Below, piece by piece: positions 24,138 through 35,147 of a stretch of 36,662 nucleotides of DNA (the first letter of the stretch is position 1; each line of letters begins with the position of its first letter). Source of the stretch: Octopus sinensis (taxonomy: Eukaryota). Below the pieces are notes generated by a model, which saw only the letters and a program-made list of their open reading frames with translations, was not told where the DNA came from and ran no database searches. The stretch is from assembly GCF_006345805.1 (NCBI RefSeq), contig NW_021832116.1, positions 1 through 36,662 of the forward strand. The letters run 5' to 3'. The position numbers and the translations under genes are program-made.

Positions 24138-24345
24138 GACAGTGAGCCGGCAGAATCGTTAGCACGCCGGACAAGATGCTTAATGCCACGTCTTTGCATT
24201 CTGAGTTCAAATTCTGCTGAGGTCGACTTTGCCTTTGATCCTTTGGAGTCGATAGAATACAGTAGTAGCTGAGTACTGAAATGGGGGAGGGGTCGATGAA
24301 ATCGTCTTGCTCCGCCCACAAAATTTCAGCTTTTGTAATGCCGAC
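24138..24345 (+). mobile_element. SINE family B
   Basis: gtgagccggcagaatcgttagcacgccgg..ttctgagttcaaattctgctgaggtcgactttgcctttgatcc. Confidence 0.8.
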
Positions 24346-24636
24346 ACCCAAATGATTCTGTAAAGTGGCCGCAATTGATTTGTTAATCATTCTAGAAGCA
24401 TCTGTTTTTACAATTAGCTGAAACGCCAGTAGTTAGTTCTTGGATGTTTACAAAAAACTTACGTCAAAATACCCAAAGGTATTGAAGTTATTCTTACCAT
24501 TTCAATACTTCAAAGGAACGAAAGTTCAATTTCTAGAATATATTTTTCTTTTAATTTTCCATTGCGCAATAACATTTTTTTCTTAATAAATCTGATAAAA
24601 TTTGTAAAAAGAAAATAAAATATTTTAATCGCAGGC

Positions 24637-25023
24637 AACGGTGGGTGGTTAAGAAACTCGCTTTACAACCATGTGGTATTGGGTTCAGTTCAACTGCGCG
24701 GCACCTTGGGCAAGTTTCTTCTATTATAGCCCCGGACTGATCACTGCATAGTAAATTAATTTGGCAGAGGGAAACTGTGTGGAATCCTGTCGTATAAAAA
24801 TATATGTATCTGTGTTTGCGTGTGTCTTTGTGTTAGTGTTTTTCACCCCACCGCTTGACAACCATAACTTAGTGGTTCATCAAAACAGAACGTTAGAATA
24901 AGTATCAGAATTTAAAAGTAAAGAAATAAAGAAAACAATTACTGGTGTGATTTTTTTTCGATTAAACTCATCAAACAGTGCTCCTGTATGGCCACATTTC
25001 TGTGGCTAAAACAAGTACAAGAC
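24637..25023 (+). mobile_element. SINE family A, full length, diverged
   Basis: gggttcagttcaactgcgcggcaccttgggcaagt...cagtgctcctgtatggccac..gaaacaagt-like tail. Confidence 0.8.
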
Positions 25024-25057
25024 AAAAAATAAAAAATAAAAGATAATCAAATAGACC

Positions 25058-25210
25058 TGGCTATGTGGTAAGAAGGTTGCGTCCCAACCACATAGTTCCG
25101 GGTTCAGTCTCACTGTTTGGCACCTTGGACAAGTGTCTTCTACTATAGCCTCGGACCGACTAAAGCCTTCTGAGTGGAATTGGTAGACAGAAACTGAAAG
25201 AAGCCCGTAG
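25058..25210 (+). mobile_element. SINE family A 5' half
   Basis: ggctatgtggtaagaag..ccgggttcagtctcactg..caccttggacaagtgtcttctactatagcctcgg..gaaactgaaagaagcccgt. Confidence 0.85.
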
Positions 25211-25454
25211 TATATAAATCAAATATAAGGTTAAAGAATTAAGGTTAAGAAAACACGTGTTAAACACAGTATCGAAACCTTATTTCAGGGTAAGTCCCAG
25301 GTTGTGAGTCCACGGAGCATGTTCCCCACTTATGGCTACTAGGTATCATCAGCGATACTTAAAAAATATTCCGTCTTCAGTGTGTATATATATATATATA
25401 TAATATTATACGAACAATATATATATATATATATAATATATATTATATATATAT

Positions 25455-25670
25455 GGATATGTTCGTGTTTGTCCCCACCAACACCGCTTGAGAACCGGTG
25501 TTAGCGTGTTCACGTCCCCGTAACATTAGCGGTTCGGCAAACGAGAGTGATAGAACAAGTACTACGCTTTCGAAGAATAAGTCCTGATGTCGATTTCTTC
25601 CAGTAAAAAGAAACCTTTAAGGCGGTGCTCCAACATGGCCGCAGTCAAATGCCTGAAGCAAATACAAGAA
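25455..25670 (+). mobile_element. SINE family A 3' half
   Basis: cacgtccccgtaacattagcggttcggcaaa...aaggcggtgctccaacatggccgcagtcaaatg. Confidence 0.8.
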
Positions 25671-25721
25671 TAAGCAGTAAATGAGTGCCATTTGTGGGTT
25701 TTCGCTATTGACGGACATTCT

Positions 25722-25930
25722 GGCGGTGGACTGGCCGAATGATCGGCGCGTCGAACAAATTGCTTTCTAGTAATGTTTCCGTTCATTACATTTAGAATTG
25801 AAAATCATACCGAGGTCAACTTTACCTTTTGCTCCTCCAGCGTCGATAATATAAAGTACCAGTCATACACTGAGATCGAGTCTACTGACTGTTCCGCTCC
25901 CAACAAATCTTGGGCCTTGGCGCCTGTGTT
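25722..25930 (+). mobile_element. SINE family B, diverged
   Basis: ccgaggtcaactttacctttt...cgtcgataatataaagtaccag..gggccttg. Confidence 0.6.
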
Positions 25931-26227
25931 AGACTTAATTCAATGGAATTGATTTCCCTTAATGAAGAACTGTAAATAATGCCAATGATAATTAATTAAT
26001 TAAATGGACCAATTTAAGGATTGTTGCTCATAACTAATTATACGCTACCACAAGCAGTAGTAGTTGTAGTAGTAGTAGTGGGGAGAAGGAATTCTTGTTC
26101 TTCCTCTCATTTTGTTGATTATTTAAATGTAATTATTGTGTTGAGTAATTGAGTTTATGAAGTGCATTAATAGTCCGCAATTACAAAATTTACAGAAGGA
26201 GACAGACAGACAGACTGACAGACAGAC

Positions 26228-26286
<59 letters not shown>

Positions 26287-26616
26287 GGAGAAATAAATGA
26301 ATATATTTCAAGTATGTCCAGTTAAAAACGTATGTGATTAAATAAAAATATTTAGATATCTAAAAATATTTAAATTAATATACTTAAATCCAATTAGATT
26401 TAATGAAATAACGAATGAAATTCTTGTAATAAATAAATAAGTATAGAATTTAGACACGGTTGTTTAAAAATGCATTAGTTCTTTGTGCCGCGAACCAGAC
26501 AGATTGTTTTCATGCCGACCTTTGGACACGAGTGTTAAGGAATGGTTATTCTGAGTTAGGTTTTATTTTTGGCTGGTCTAACGTTAAAAATTTATGCTTG
26601 AACGTGTCTCTCCAAA

Positions 26617-26810
26617 TATTGGGTTGTCCGGAAAGTTCGTGCCGATTTATAGTAGCTTACCTTTCGACTTATTTTAGAACATGGTTGAGTTCATAAAATA
26701 GGATTTGACAACACCTCCATTTAGAGCACAGTTTAAGCTATCTTTTCGTGGAAGAAGGCTTATGTTCCTATAACCTGTGTTAAAGAAAGTTCATTTTCGG
26801 CACTTGATGC
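26617..26810 (+). mobile_element. Mariner-type transposon end (TA + TIR)
   Basis: tattgggttgtccggaaagttcgtgccga resembles mariner TIRs (ttgggttg.cc..aaagt). Confidence 0.6.
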
Positions 26811-26831
26811 ATTGGGAACCTGACAAAAATT

Positions 26832-27275
26832 GCTGCAGCTCGGCTGGGATGTGTTACCTGTCACCTGTCATTAAGTTCTGGGTTCTAATTCTATCGAGGT
26901 CGACTTTGCCTTTCATTCATTCGAGGTCGATAAATTAAGTACTAGTAAAACACTGAGCTCGATGTAATTGACTAGTCTCTCCCACAAAATTTCTGGCCTT
27001 GTGCCTTTAGTAGAAAGGATTATTATTATTATCGTTATTATTATGTAAGGGGGTGAGCTGGCAGAATCGTTAGCACGTTGGATAAAATTTTTTGCGGTAT
27101 CTCGCCTGTCGCTACGTTCTGGGTTCAAATTCCGCCGAGGTAGACTTTGCCTTTCATCCTTTCGGGGTTAATAAATTAACTGCCAGTTGAACTGGTACTT
27201 AATTTATTGACCAGTTCGATGTATTCCACTAGTCCTCTCCCCACAAATTTCAGGCCTTGTGCCTTTAATAGAAAG
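26832..27275 (+). mobile_element. Two tandem SINE family B copies (26832-27021, 27048-27275)
   Basis: Both contain gaggt(c/a)gactttgcctttcat.. and end ggccttgtgccttta(g/a)tagaaag. Confidence 0.85.
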
Positions 27276-27579
27276 TACTACCATTATTATTGCTGTTGTT
27301 GTTAGAACGGCGAAATGGTAGGATCAGAAGAGCGTCAAAGAATTGCCTTACGCTATTCTCCCGCCTCTTTGTGTTCTGATTTCAAGACCTACTACGAGTT
27401 TATCTTCCATTCCTAAAGTTTTTATTTATTCTTTCATTTCTCTTAATTTTCCCTGCTTCCGAACAAAAAGCTTGTTCTATATTTTGCAACTGCCAATCCT
27501 ACTTCTCTGACCTCCCAAAATTACCGTTTCTAAAAATTGCAAAAATGTATAAAAACAAGACAACTCTTACCAGGAGGAC

Positions 27580-27800
27580 CTGAAAGTTCCATGTCTTTAA
27601 GGGTGTGGCGAAAGGCTTGATTGGAGGTTCAACCTTCTGGGGTTTTTTTTTTTTTTTTTTGCAGGGCTTAGAAAAATTGAAGGACTGCTGCAATAAGGGT
27701 GTGAATCTGAGAGGGGAATATTTTGAATAAAATCAGAATTAATTGATCCTTCTGTATTTTCTTTTACCCAAAGCCAGGAACTTTTCAGTGGTTCCTCGTA
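27580..27800 (+). mobile_element. Mariner transposase C-terminus and 3' TIR remnant
   Basis: GLEKLKDCCNKGVNLRGEYFE* matches the mariner terminal 'GIxKLxxRWxKCIxxxGxYFE*' pattern. Ends aacttttcagtggttcctcgta (TIR + TA). Confidence 0.7.
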
Positions 27801-27864
27801 TATTTGACTTTTCAGAAAGTGCTAGCTCTGATTCGTTGGGAAAGAAAAAAAAAATCCTCTTTTG

Positions 27865-28190
27865 TATTCTTTGTATAACGGCAAGGCATCTTGCATGCTT
27901 GCTTGTCTCTCCTGAAAATTCGGGTTAGAATTCTTTCTATATAAGACAGTTTGCATGTTTGGCTGTCTCTCTTGAAGATTCTTGTCCGGAATCTTTTATA
28001 TAAAAATGACAGCTTCCATGTTTGGTTGTCTACGAAATTCAGAATCGGATTCTTTGTATAAAATACAAGACAGCTTGCATGATTGGCTGTCCCTGAAAAT
28101 TCCAGTTTGGATTCTTCATTTTGAAGTCAAGACAGCATTTGTTTTTCGTTTACTTCAAAAATCGAAGAACAGATTCTTGGTATAAAAGCA
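27865..28190. repeat. Degenerate ~60-bp minisatellite, about 5-6 units
   Basis: Recurring gacag(c/t)ttgcatg(t/a)ttggctgtc..tgaaaattc...attctttgtataaaa. Confidence 0.75.
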
Positions 28191-28337
28191 GAAATTCCTG
28201 GCATGAGGATGTGGGGAAGAAATAATAACAAAGATATGAATAAATAAAATATACAAATAAAGTAAATGAATAAATAAATGAATAAATAATAGATAAATAA
28301 ATAAATAAATAAATAAATAAAATAAAGCAAGCGGTTG

Positions 28338-28612
28338 TGACGAATTCCAAAGAATTTATAAATATTGCAGATATGTCATCTTGAAAATCGTTTACCACTT
28401 CTATTCAGGTTAGGTGTGGGACATATCTAACAGTTTTTGTCTTTCTTTCCGTTACTCACACATCGCTGAAGACTGGGTCGTTGGATTTTTTTATGCCATA
28501 TTCCTAGATATTTTTTGTTGATTCATATTTGGTTTTTTAAATATTTTTTCACGTAATTCAAATCTGCATCATTTGGTTTCTCTAGCTCTTAACTATATCA
28601 GCCACTAAAATC
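28338..28612 (-). pseudogene. Left arm of second inverted duplication; decayed antisense copy of the 29978 exon (28604-28460, 145 nt, several stops)
   Basis: Revcomp aligns to 29970-30205. aatccaacgacccagtcttcagcgatg(c/t)|gtgagtaac and gaattccaaagaatttataaatattgcaga are nearly identical in both arms. Confidence 0.75.
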
Positions 28613-28827
28613 AGAAATGCACACTCATACATACACACACTTATGCATACACCACATACACACGTATGTATACATATACACATGTGCCTATATATACCTA
28701 TATGCATACATGCGTGTGTGCATGTGTCTAATGATATATGTAAATATATATATATATATCATATACAGACACATTTATGCATTATACCCATATGCACATA
28801 TATACACAAATGCATATATATTTATAT

Positions 28828-28923
<96 letters not shown>

Positions 28924-29324
28924 TGATAGATAGATAGATATGTTTGTGTATATATGTACGTATGCATGCATGTATGTATGAATGTATGTATGTATGTATG
29001 TATGTATGTATGTATAAAATATCTAGCAGTGACGATCATTCTATGCTTCTCTGATGAGATTTGATAACACCTGAATATTTTCGAAGTTATCTCCCTTACT
29101 CCCAACGTTCGGTTACACACCGCATTTCAGTCTATATCAAATTTTCTTTTATTAATTCTTATTTCTGGCTTATCATTCTTTCACTTGCCATATTAAATAA
29201 AGAAACATTCTTATTAAATATCGTTCACATAACGATTTTTATCTCGTTGTGATGTAACTTTAACGATTTACATGGTTTTAAATTTCCCGCCTACGATATG
29301 GTTGTGAAACATGGTAGATGACGT

Positions 29325-29870
29325 CATTATCATCATTAAGTTCCCTTAACTGGTGCAACCTGTCGTTGGGGTTTGACTCAATACGCTTTTTCCATCAGTC
29401 GTCGCCACTGGCCTTCTGCTCGTTGTCATACGTAGCAGGGTCGCAGTGTTGTGATCTGTCCAGTCCTTGATGTTGCTGGACCAGGATTTCCTGTCTGCCT
29501 CTCCTGCGTCACCCGTCAAGCGTGTCCTAAAGGATGGTCTTTGACAGGTCGTTATGGCGGGATACTTGACCGTACCATGCAAGCTTTCGTCTTTTCAGCT
29601 GCACAAGAAAAAAGTTCTTGTTCGCCAACATATTTTTCGACTTATTTGCTTCACAATGCTGTTCGTTTAGAGTTCTATGTACGGAATGCCTTGCAGCCTT
29701 CTGAAGCACTTGTACTCAAATGCCTGCATTCTTCATGCTACGTCAACTGTGTCCAGGTCACACGTCCATCTAGAAAGATCGTAGTTACCAGGGACTTGTA
29801 TACACTGAGCTTCGTTGGTACAGCCAAGAAAAGTAACTGGATGTTGATGGCGTCAGGTGGCTCCAGATAA
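29325..29870 (-). mobile_element. RTE-clade LINE 3' end
   Basis: Minus frames ..VQLKRRKLAWYGQVSRHNDLSKTIL.G....GEADRKSWSSNIKDWT match RTE 'KRRKLxWYGHVxR...KTILQG...RGRQRKxWxDNIKEWT'. Short (tga)n tail. Confidence 0.85.
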
Positions 29871-29977
29871 CACACACACACACATGCATATGTGTGCGTA
29901 TATGCATATGCACATATGTGTGTTTGTGTACGCTTATACCCATTCGTATATGTGTGAGTGTGCGCTCTTGGTTATAG

Positions 29978-30124
29978 TAGCTGATCTAGATAAGAGTTCC
30001 ATGATTCAGATTATGCAAATTCAAATTATATGAAGAACAGATTTAAAAAGCCTAAACACAAGTCAACAAAGAATATCCAGTAGTATAGTATTAGAAAATC
30101 CAACGACCCAGTCTTCAGCGATGC
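29978..30124 (+). pseudogene. Candidate 147-nt phase 1-1 exon with one in-frame TGA (30031-30033): (V)ADLDKSSMIQIMQIQII*RTDLKSLNTSQQRISSSIVLENPTTQSSAM
   Basis: tagtag NAGNAG acceptor (29975-29980), consensus donor C|gtgagt at 30125, length divisible by 3. Confidence 0.45.
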
Positions 30125-30262
30125 GTGAGTAACAGAAAAAAACCTTTCACCTCCTGTTCCCCACCTAACCTGAATTTCTGCAATATTTATAAATTCTTTG
30201 GAATTCATGACCACTCCAGAAAAGAGCAAATGGAGAGACTTTTTCAAAAATGAGGTCAGAAA

Positions 30263-30540
30263 AGGAGCAGACTAGTGCTTGGTGTCTCTCACCCCCTGCG
30301 AGCGATGACTGGGTTTGCTGGAATATGTTGCAAGCTTGCTGACGAACAGAATCGCCACCAAATCCTTAAGAAGAACCCACATGAGCGAACGGCACATGTG
30401 ACGCCCAAAGATGAAAGTGTCGCTAGACAATTGACAGGTAGACGTGGGTAGACCTGCAATGGAACGATGCATTGAGGGTAACTGGTGACCGATCTTGCAA
30501 GAGTTCTTTGACTGCCTGTTGCGTCGCCCAATGCCGGAGC
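30263..30540 (-). mobile_element. Probable decayed RTE-type LINE C-terminal segment
   Basis: GC-richer island. Minus frame ..KELLQDRS.. and ..ACNIFQQTQSSLAGGERHQ loosely match RTE 'ELAQDRSxW' and the terminal CxxC..HQ knuckle. Confidence 0.35.
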
Positions 30541-30848
30541 GGGTGGAGGCACATGGCCTAGTGGTTAGAGCAGTGGCTCGCGGTCGAGGGATCACGGGTT
30601 CGAATCTCAGACCGGACGATGTATGTGCTTATGAGCGAAACACCTAAGCTCCACGCGGCTCCAGCAGAAGGTAATGGCGAAACTTCTGCTGACTCTTTCG
30701 CCACAACCTTCTCTCGCTATTTTCTCCTCCATCTTGCGGCTCACCTGCGACGGACTGGCGTCCCGTCCTGGTGGGGTACCTACATGCCAAGAAACCGGGA
30801 AACCGGCCCTTATGAGCCAGGCATGGCTCGAGAAGGAACAAACAACAA
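30541..30848 (+). mobile_element. SINE family C, full length, with (AAC)n tail and ~12-bp TSD
   Basis: A box tggcctagtggtt, B box ggttcgaatct, cctgcgacggactggcgtcccgtcc block. Flanked by caatgccggagc (30529-30540) and caatgccagagc (30849-30860). Confidence 0.85.
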
Positions 30849-31739
30849 CAATGCCAGAGCACCTAAGTCCATATCAACTTTTACCAATTAACTATGCATT
30901 TTATATGCAGCATGCGTCCATGGGAACATTTAGTCGCACACCTCCTCACATCCATCCCACAGTCATTTTTATCTCATCTTAGCTTGGCTTGGCTTAGCTT
31001 AGCTGAGATTTCTACCTTAACCTTTTCTTTCTGTCTGTCTGTCTATCTATCTGCATGTCTGTCTATCATCTGTATATTTGTGTCTGTGTGTCGCTATAAG
31101 GCAATGAGAGACTTGTCTATCAGCCATAGTGTAATATTGACCTTAAAGTTCAACTCCGTACAATGTGCTATCGGTGATTAGATGTCTTCACAATATAATA
31201 TACATCACAAATAATAAACTCGCCTGACAAATCCGCCATTCCGAATCACTTAGAATATTGTCAGGTATAATATTTCATTTTGAATGTGAGATGTGTGTGC
31301 GTATATGTGTCATGTGTGTGTGTGATTATGTGTGAATATGAGTGTGTGTGTGTGTATGTATTTGTGTATGTATGTATTTGTGTGTGCGTGTTTCATTGTG
31401 ACTGTATGTGAGTATGAGTATGTTGAATTGCGTGATATGCGGTGCGTAAGATAAGAAATGTGTGATAGAAAGAGAGAGGTGTTGTTTTGTGTGTGTCTGC
31501 AGAGTGTGATTGTGTGTGGGGGGGGGGGGGGCTATACGTACGTATTTACTTCTATGTGTGTGTATATATAGGTAGATAGACGGATAGATATGCATACATG
31601 TTTGTATCTGTATAGATAGATAGATAGATATAGACATATGTATGTATATATGCATATGTATGCATATTATTAATATAAATGTGTATATATATATATATGT
31701 CTGTGTGTGTGAGTGTGTACTAATACGTCTGTGTGTATA

Positions 31740-31782
<43 letters not shown>

Positions 31783-32111
31783 GTGTATATGTAAATATAT
31801 GTGTGCAGACCTGTATGTATATGTGTACGAGTGTTTATTATTCCAAAATGTTACAAAATGTGTCCTACATAAACTAAGCTGAGTTCATTTTAAGGTAAAT
31901 CTATCGAACTGTATCAGTGCAGCTGTTAATATGTGGGTGCTGTTAGTGTATCAGACCGGTAGCAGTGAGGTACAGCGTTCAATTCACGTTCGCGAATTAG
32001 GTGTCAGTCGCTACCTTCTTTTTCGTTTAAGAGTGTGTGTATGTGTGTGTGTGTGTGTGCGTGTGTGTGTGTGTAAGGAAATGTATTCAGTACATGAAGT
32101 ATAGTTAACAC

Positions 32112-33050
32112 TGGTTTTAAATTCTGGCACAAAGCCAGCAATTTTAAGACCAGCTCAGTGGATTACATCGACCCTAATACTTGACTGGTACCTATTTTAT
32201 CTACCCAGCAAGGATCAAAAACAACCTTGGCGGAATTTGAACTTACAATAAAGAGTCGGAAGAAATGCTGCTAAGCATTTTTACCGACGAGCTTAGCATT
32301 CTACCAAAGCCAATTATTCTTCCAAAGCGGACCATCCTGTCAGCTCGGTGCACTGAGTATAGCTCGTGAGCCTTCTTTCTAGAATAAGGCACAGGGCCTG
32401 AAATTATGTGGGAAGGAAGGTGTTTAGCCGATTACATCGATCCCAGTGCTCAATTAGTACTTAATTTATCGACACCGAAACGATGAAAAGCAAAATCGAT
32501 GAAAAGCATTTTAAGTCAGAACGAAAAGCCGGAAGAAATGCTACTGAGCATTTTGTCCGCCACGCTAACTAACTTCTACCAGCTCCACGTCTTAGAGGAT
32601 AATTTATTATGATAGTTGTTAGAAATGAATCACCGCTTTTCAACACGATTTATGCTGCGAGCTGGCAAAATCGTTAGCGCATCGAATATAATACTTAGTA
32701 GCAATGCATCTGAATCTTTATGTTATGAGTTCGAATTCCACCGAGTCTGTCTGTACCTTTCACTGCGTCAGGGTCAAAAGAATTAAGTTCTTGTTAAGTA
32801 CTCAAGTTGATGGTATCAACTAAGTCCCTTCCCTTAAAATCTTAAGCATCGTACCTAAATTGATTTCAGATTTTAGCACAAGGGCCAGTAAATTTGGGGA
32901 AGCGGGTAAGTCGATTACATCGACCCCAGTGCTCGACTTGTACAGGACAAAGTCGACCTCACCGGAATTTCAACTCAGAACGTAAGGACAGACGAAATGC
33001 CGCTAAGTATTTTGCCCGACGTGCTAACGATTCTGCCAGTTCGGCGCCTT
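32112..33050. mobile_element. Cluster of four SINE family B copies (32112-32310 -, 32372-32592 -, 32655-32850 +, 32862-33050 -)
   Basis: Each carries part of the ggcagaatcgttagc / gtcgatgtaatcgac / ccttgtgcc consensus. Confidence 0.75.
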
Positions 33051-33102
33051 AGTACCTAAACTGGAAATAATTATTACACACACACACACATACACACGTA
33101 CT

Positions 33103-33266
33103 ACATCGGTTTTCCGGAACCTCTGTTTCCAAGGCTTTTCCGGATTAATGATTTTTCCGAACTAGGGATACAAAGAGTATTGAATGAAATACCGGTTCCT
33201 GAAAATTGGGTGCAAATTAAAGCTGATTATAAGAAGTTCCGGACCGTCAGTGTTCGGAAAATCGGG
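33103..33266. mobile_element. Small MITE-like element
   Basis: Imperfect TIRs cggttttccggaacctctg / cagtgttcggaaaatcg. Confidence 0.35.
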
Positions 33267-33381
33267 CCGGGTCTATAGTAAAAGACACGCTGTGGGACTG
33301 AACCCGGAACCATGTGGTTAGGAAATGAACTTCTTACCACCTAACCACGCCTGGATATACTTCGTGTCTCTCCATTTTCAG

Positions 33382-33432
33382 TTGATTTCCCGCAGAGTCG
33401 GCAAAACGTAGCTTTCTTTGAAATATTTTGAT
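33382..33432 (+). other. Candidate 51-nt exon with strong splice sites; phase-1 frame (V)DFPQSRQNVAFFEIF* with TGA as last full codon
   Basis: Acceptor cttcgtgtctctccattttcag|, donor T|gtaagt. A decayed homologue is seen at ~3985-4075. Confidence 0.45.
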
Positions 33433-33634
33433 GTAAGTCACGTAATGGGTTATTTGTATGTAAGGGACAATGGAAAGCAAGCAAAACGAAGGGAAAGGTG
33501 GCGTATCTGTGTTGATGTCTTTCATCATATAATATATAGTATTGACTTATATATGCCTCATATACATTATATACGTGCATGATACGCCTATATACATATC
33601 CTCATAGACATATATATATATTATATATATAATA

Positions 33635-33691
<57 letters not shown>

Positions 33692-33828
33692 TACGTACAT
33701 ACTTTCATAATATACGTTCATGTAGATGTGTATGTATGCGTCCGTTTGCACACATACATGCATACATGCGTGTGGTGTCTGGCGCTCGAACGCACACACA
33801 CATATGTATATATATATATATAATATAT

Positions 33829-33867
<39 letters not shown>

Positions 33868-34008
33868 TATTACTCACACGTATATGCAGATGTAAATACA
33901 CTTTTACTATGTCTGTGAGCTGATGGGTGGAGTAAAAATCAACTTCCTGCTTACAATTAAATGTCAATCTTCGACCCCCCACCCTCACTCACTCTCACTC
34001 CCCCTTTA

Positions 34009-34045
<37 letters not shown>

Positions 34046-34504
34046 GTCACTCATCTCAGATCTTTAGCATATTAAGTAACACATGGCAAATGGTGGCAGT
34101 GACAGACTCAATAGCCACAGCTGGTTGGTGAGTTCATATGACACACTCCCTCCACCGTACATTTTCTATATTACGTGACCCACTATTGTTCTCTGTGTGT
34201 GCGTGTGTCTTTGTTGGTAGGTTGTTTGTGCATACTTACATACATGTGTGTATGTGTGTGTGTGTGTGTGTGCGTGATTTTAGTGCACTGTGTTCATGTT
34301 ATGATAAAGATCGTACGTGTGTGTGTGTGTGTGTGTGTGTCATTGTGGTTGTATGTGTGCTCTCTCTTTTAGGTATGTAATTACTATGTCCGTCACAGTG
34401 CGCGCGCGAGTTTGTGTATGAGTTTTTATGTGTGTTTTTCGTACAATATGCCTATGCCTATGTGTGTATGTTTCTGTCTTTAATGGTAGGTTGTATATAT
34501 ATGC

Positions 34505-34540
<36 letters not shown>

Positions 34541-34541
34541 C

Positions 34542-34780
34542 ATAGTTAATCCAAACATGAAAACACAAAGAGAAAACACAACAACAGGAGGACGTGGAAC
34601 AAGTATAGTATTATTGGTCGCTCAAGAAAGAAGGAAAGAAGGAGGGTTTACGTTTCGAGCGGAGCTCTTCGTCCGAGACATAGGAATAGGAAAGATCCAA
34701 GGAGGGAAGATGGAGAAGAATGAAATCGTCAACGGTGCACTTGCGGCCACATTTGAAACGTATATATATATATATATATG

Positions 34781-34813
<33 letters not shown>

Positions 34814-35068
34814 ATATATATAATATGTATATATATATATATATTCAAATGTGACGCGTGTGTACCGTTGACGATTTTTTCCCCCCGTCTTCCCTTCCTT
34901 GGATCTTTCCTTTTCTTATGCTTCTGACGAAGAGCTCCGCTCGGAACTTTAAATCCCTTTTTGTCTTTCCTTTCTGATCGTCCAATAAACACTACACTTG
35001 TTCCACGTCCTCGTTGTGGTTTCGTGTGTGTTTTCTCTTGGTGTTTTCATATATTGGATATTAACTAT
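34542..35068. mobile_element. Inverted pair of Penelope-like terminal repeats (34542-34757 and 34844-35068) around a (TA)n spacer
   Basis: The arms are reverse complements at roughly 75-80%. Contain tgacgaagagctccgctcg(g)aa(ac) and aataaa. Confidence 0.7.
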
Positions 35069-35094
35069 ATATATATACATTACATATTATATAG

Positions 35095-35147
<53 letters not shown>

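Noticed and set aside
26490-26535. Possible 42-nt phase 1-1 exon (D)CFHADLWTRVLRN
   Set aside because: Weak acceptor tract and weak donor (gttatt), and no sequence similarity to the other candidates.
27865-28190. Repeat arrays considered as CRISPR-like
   Set aside because: Eukaryotic context, degenerate units without unique spacers, no cas genes.
30545-30615. tRNA-like sequence with A and B boxes
   Set aside because: It is a SINE head: no closing acceptor stem, and it continues into SINE body and tail. No true tRNA or rRNA genes seen.
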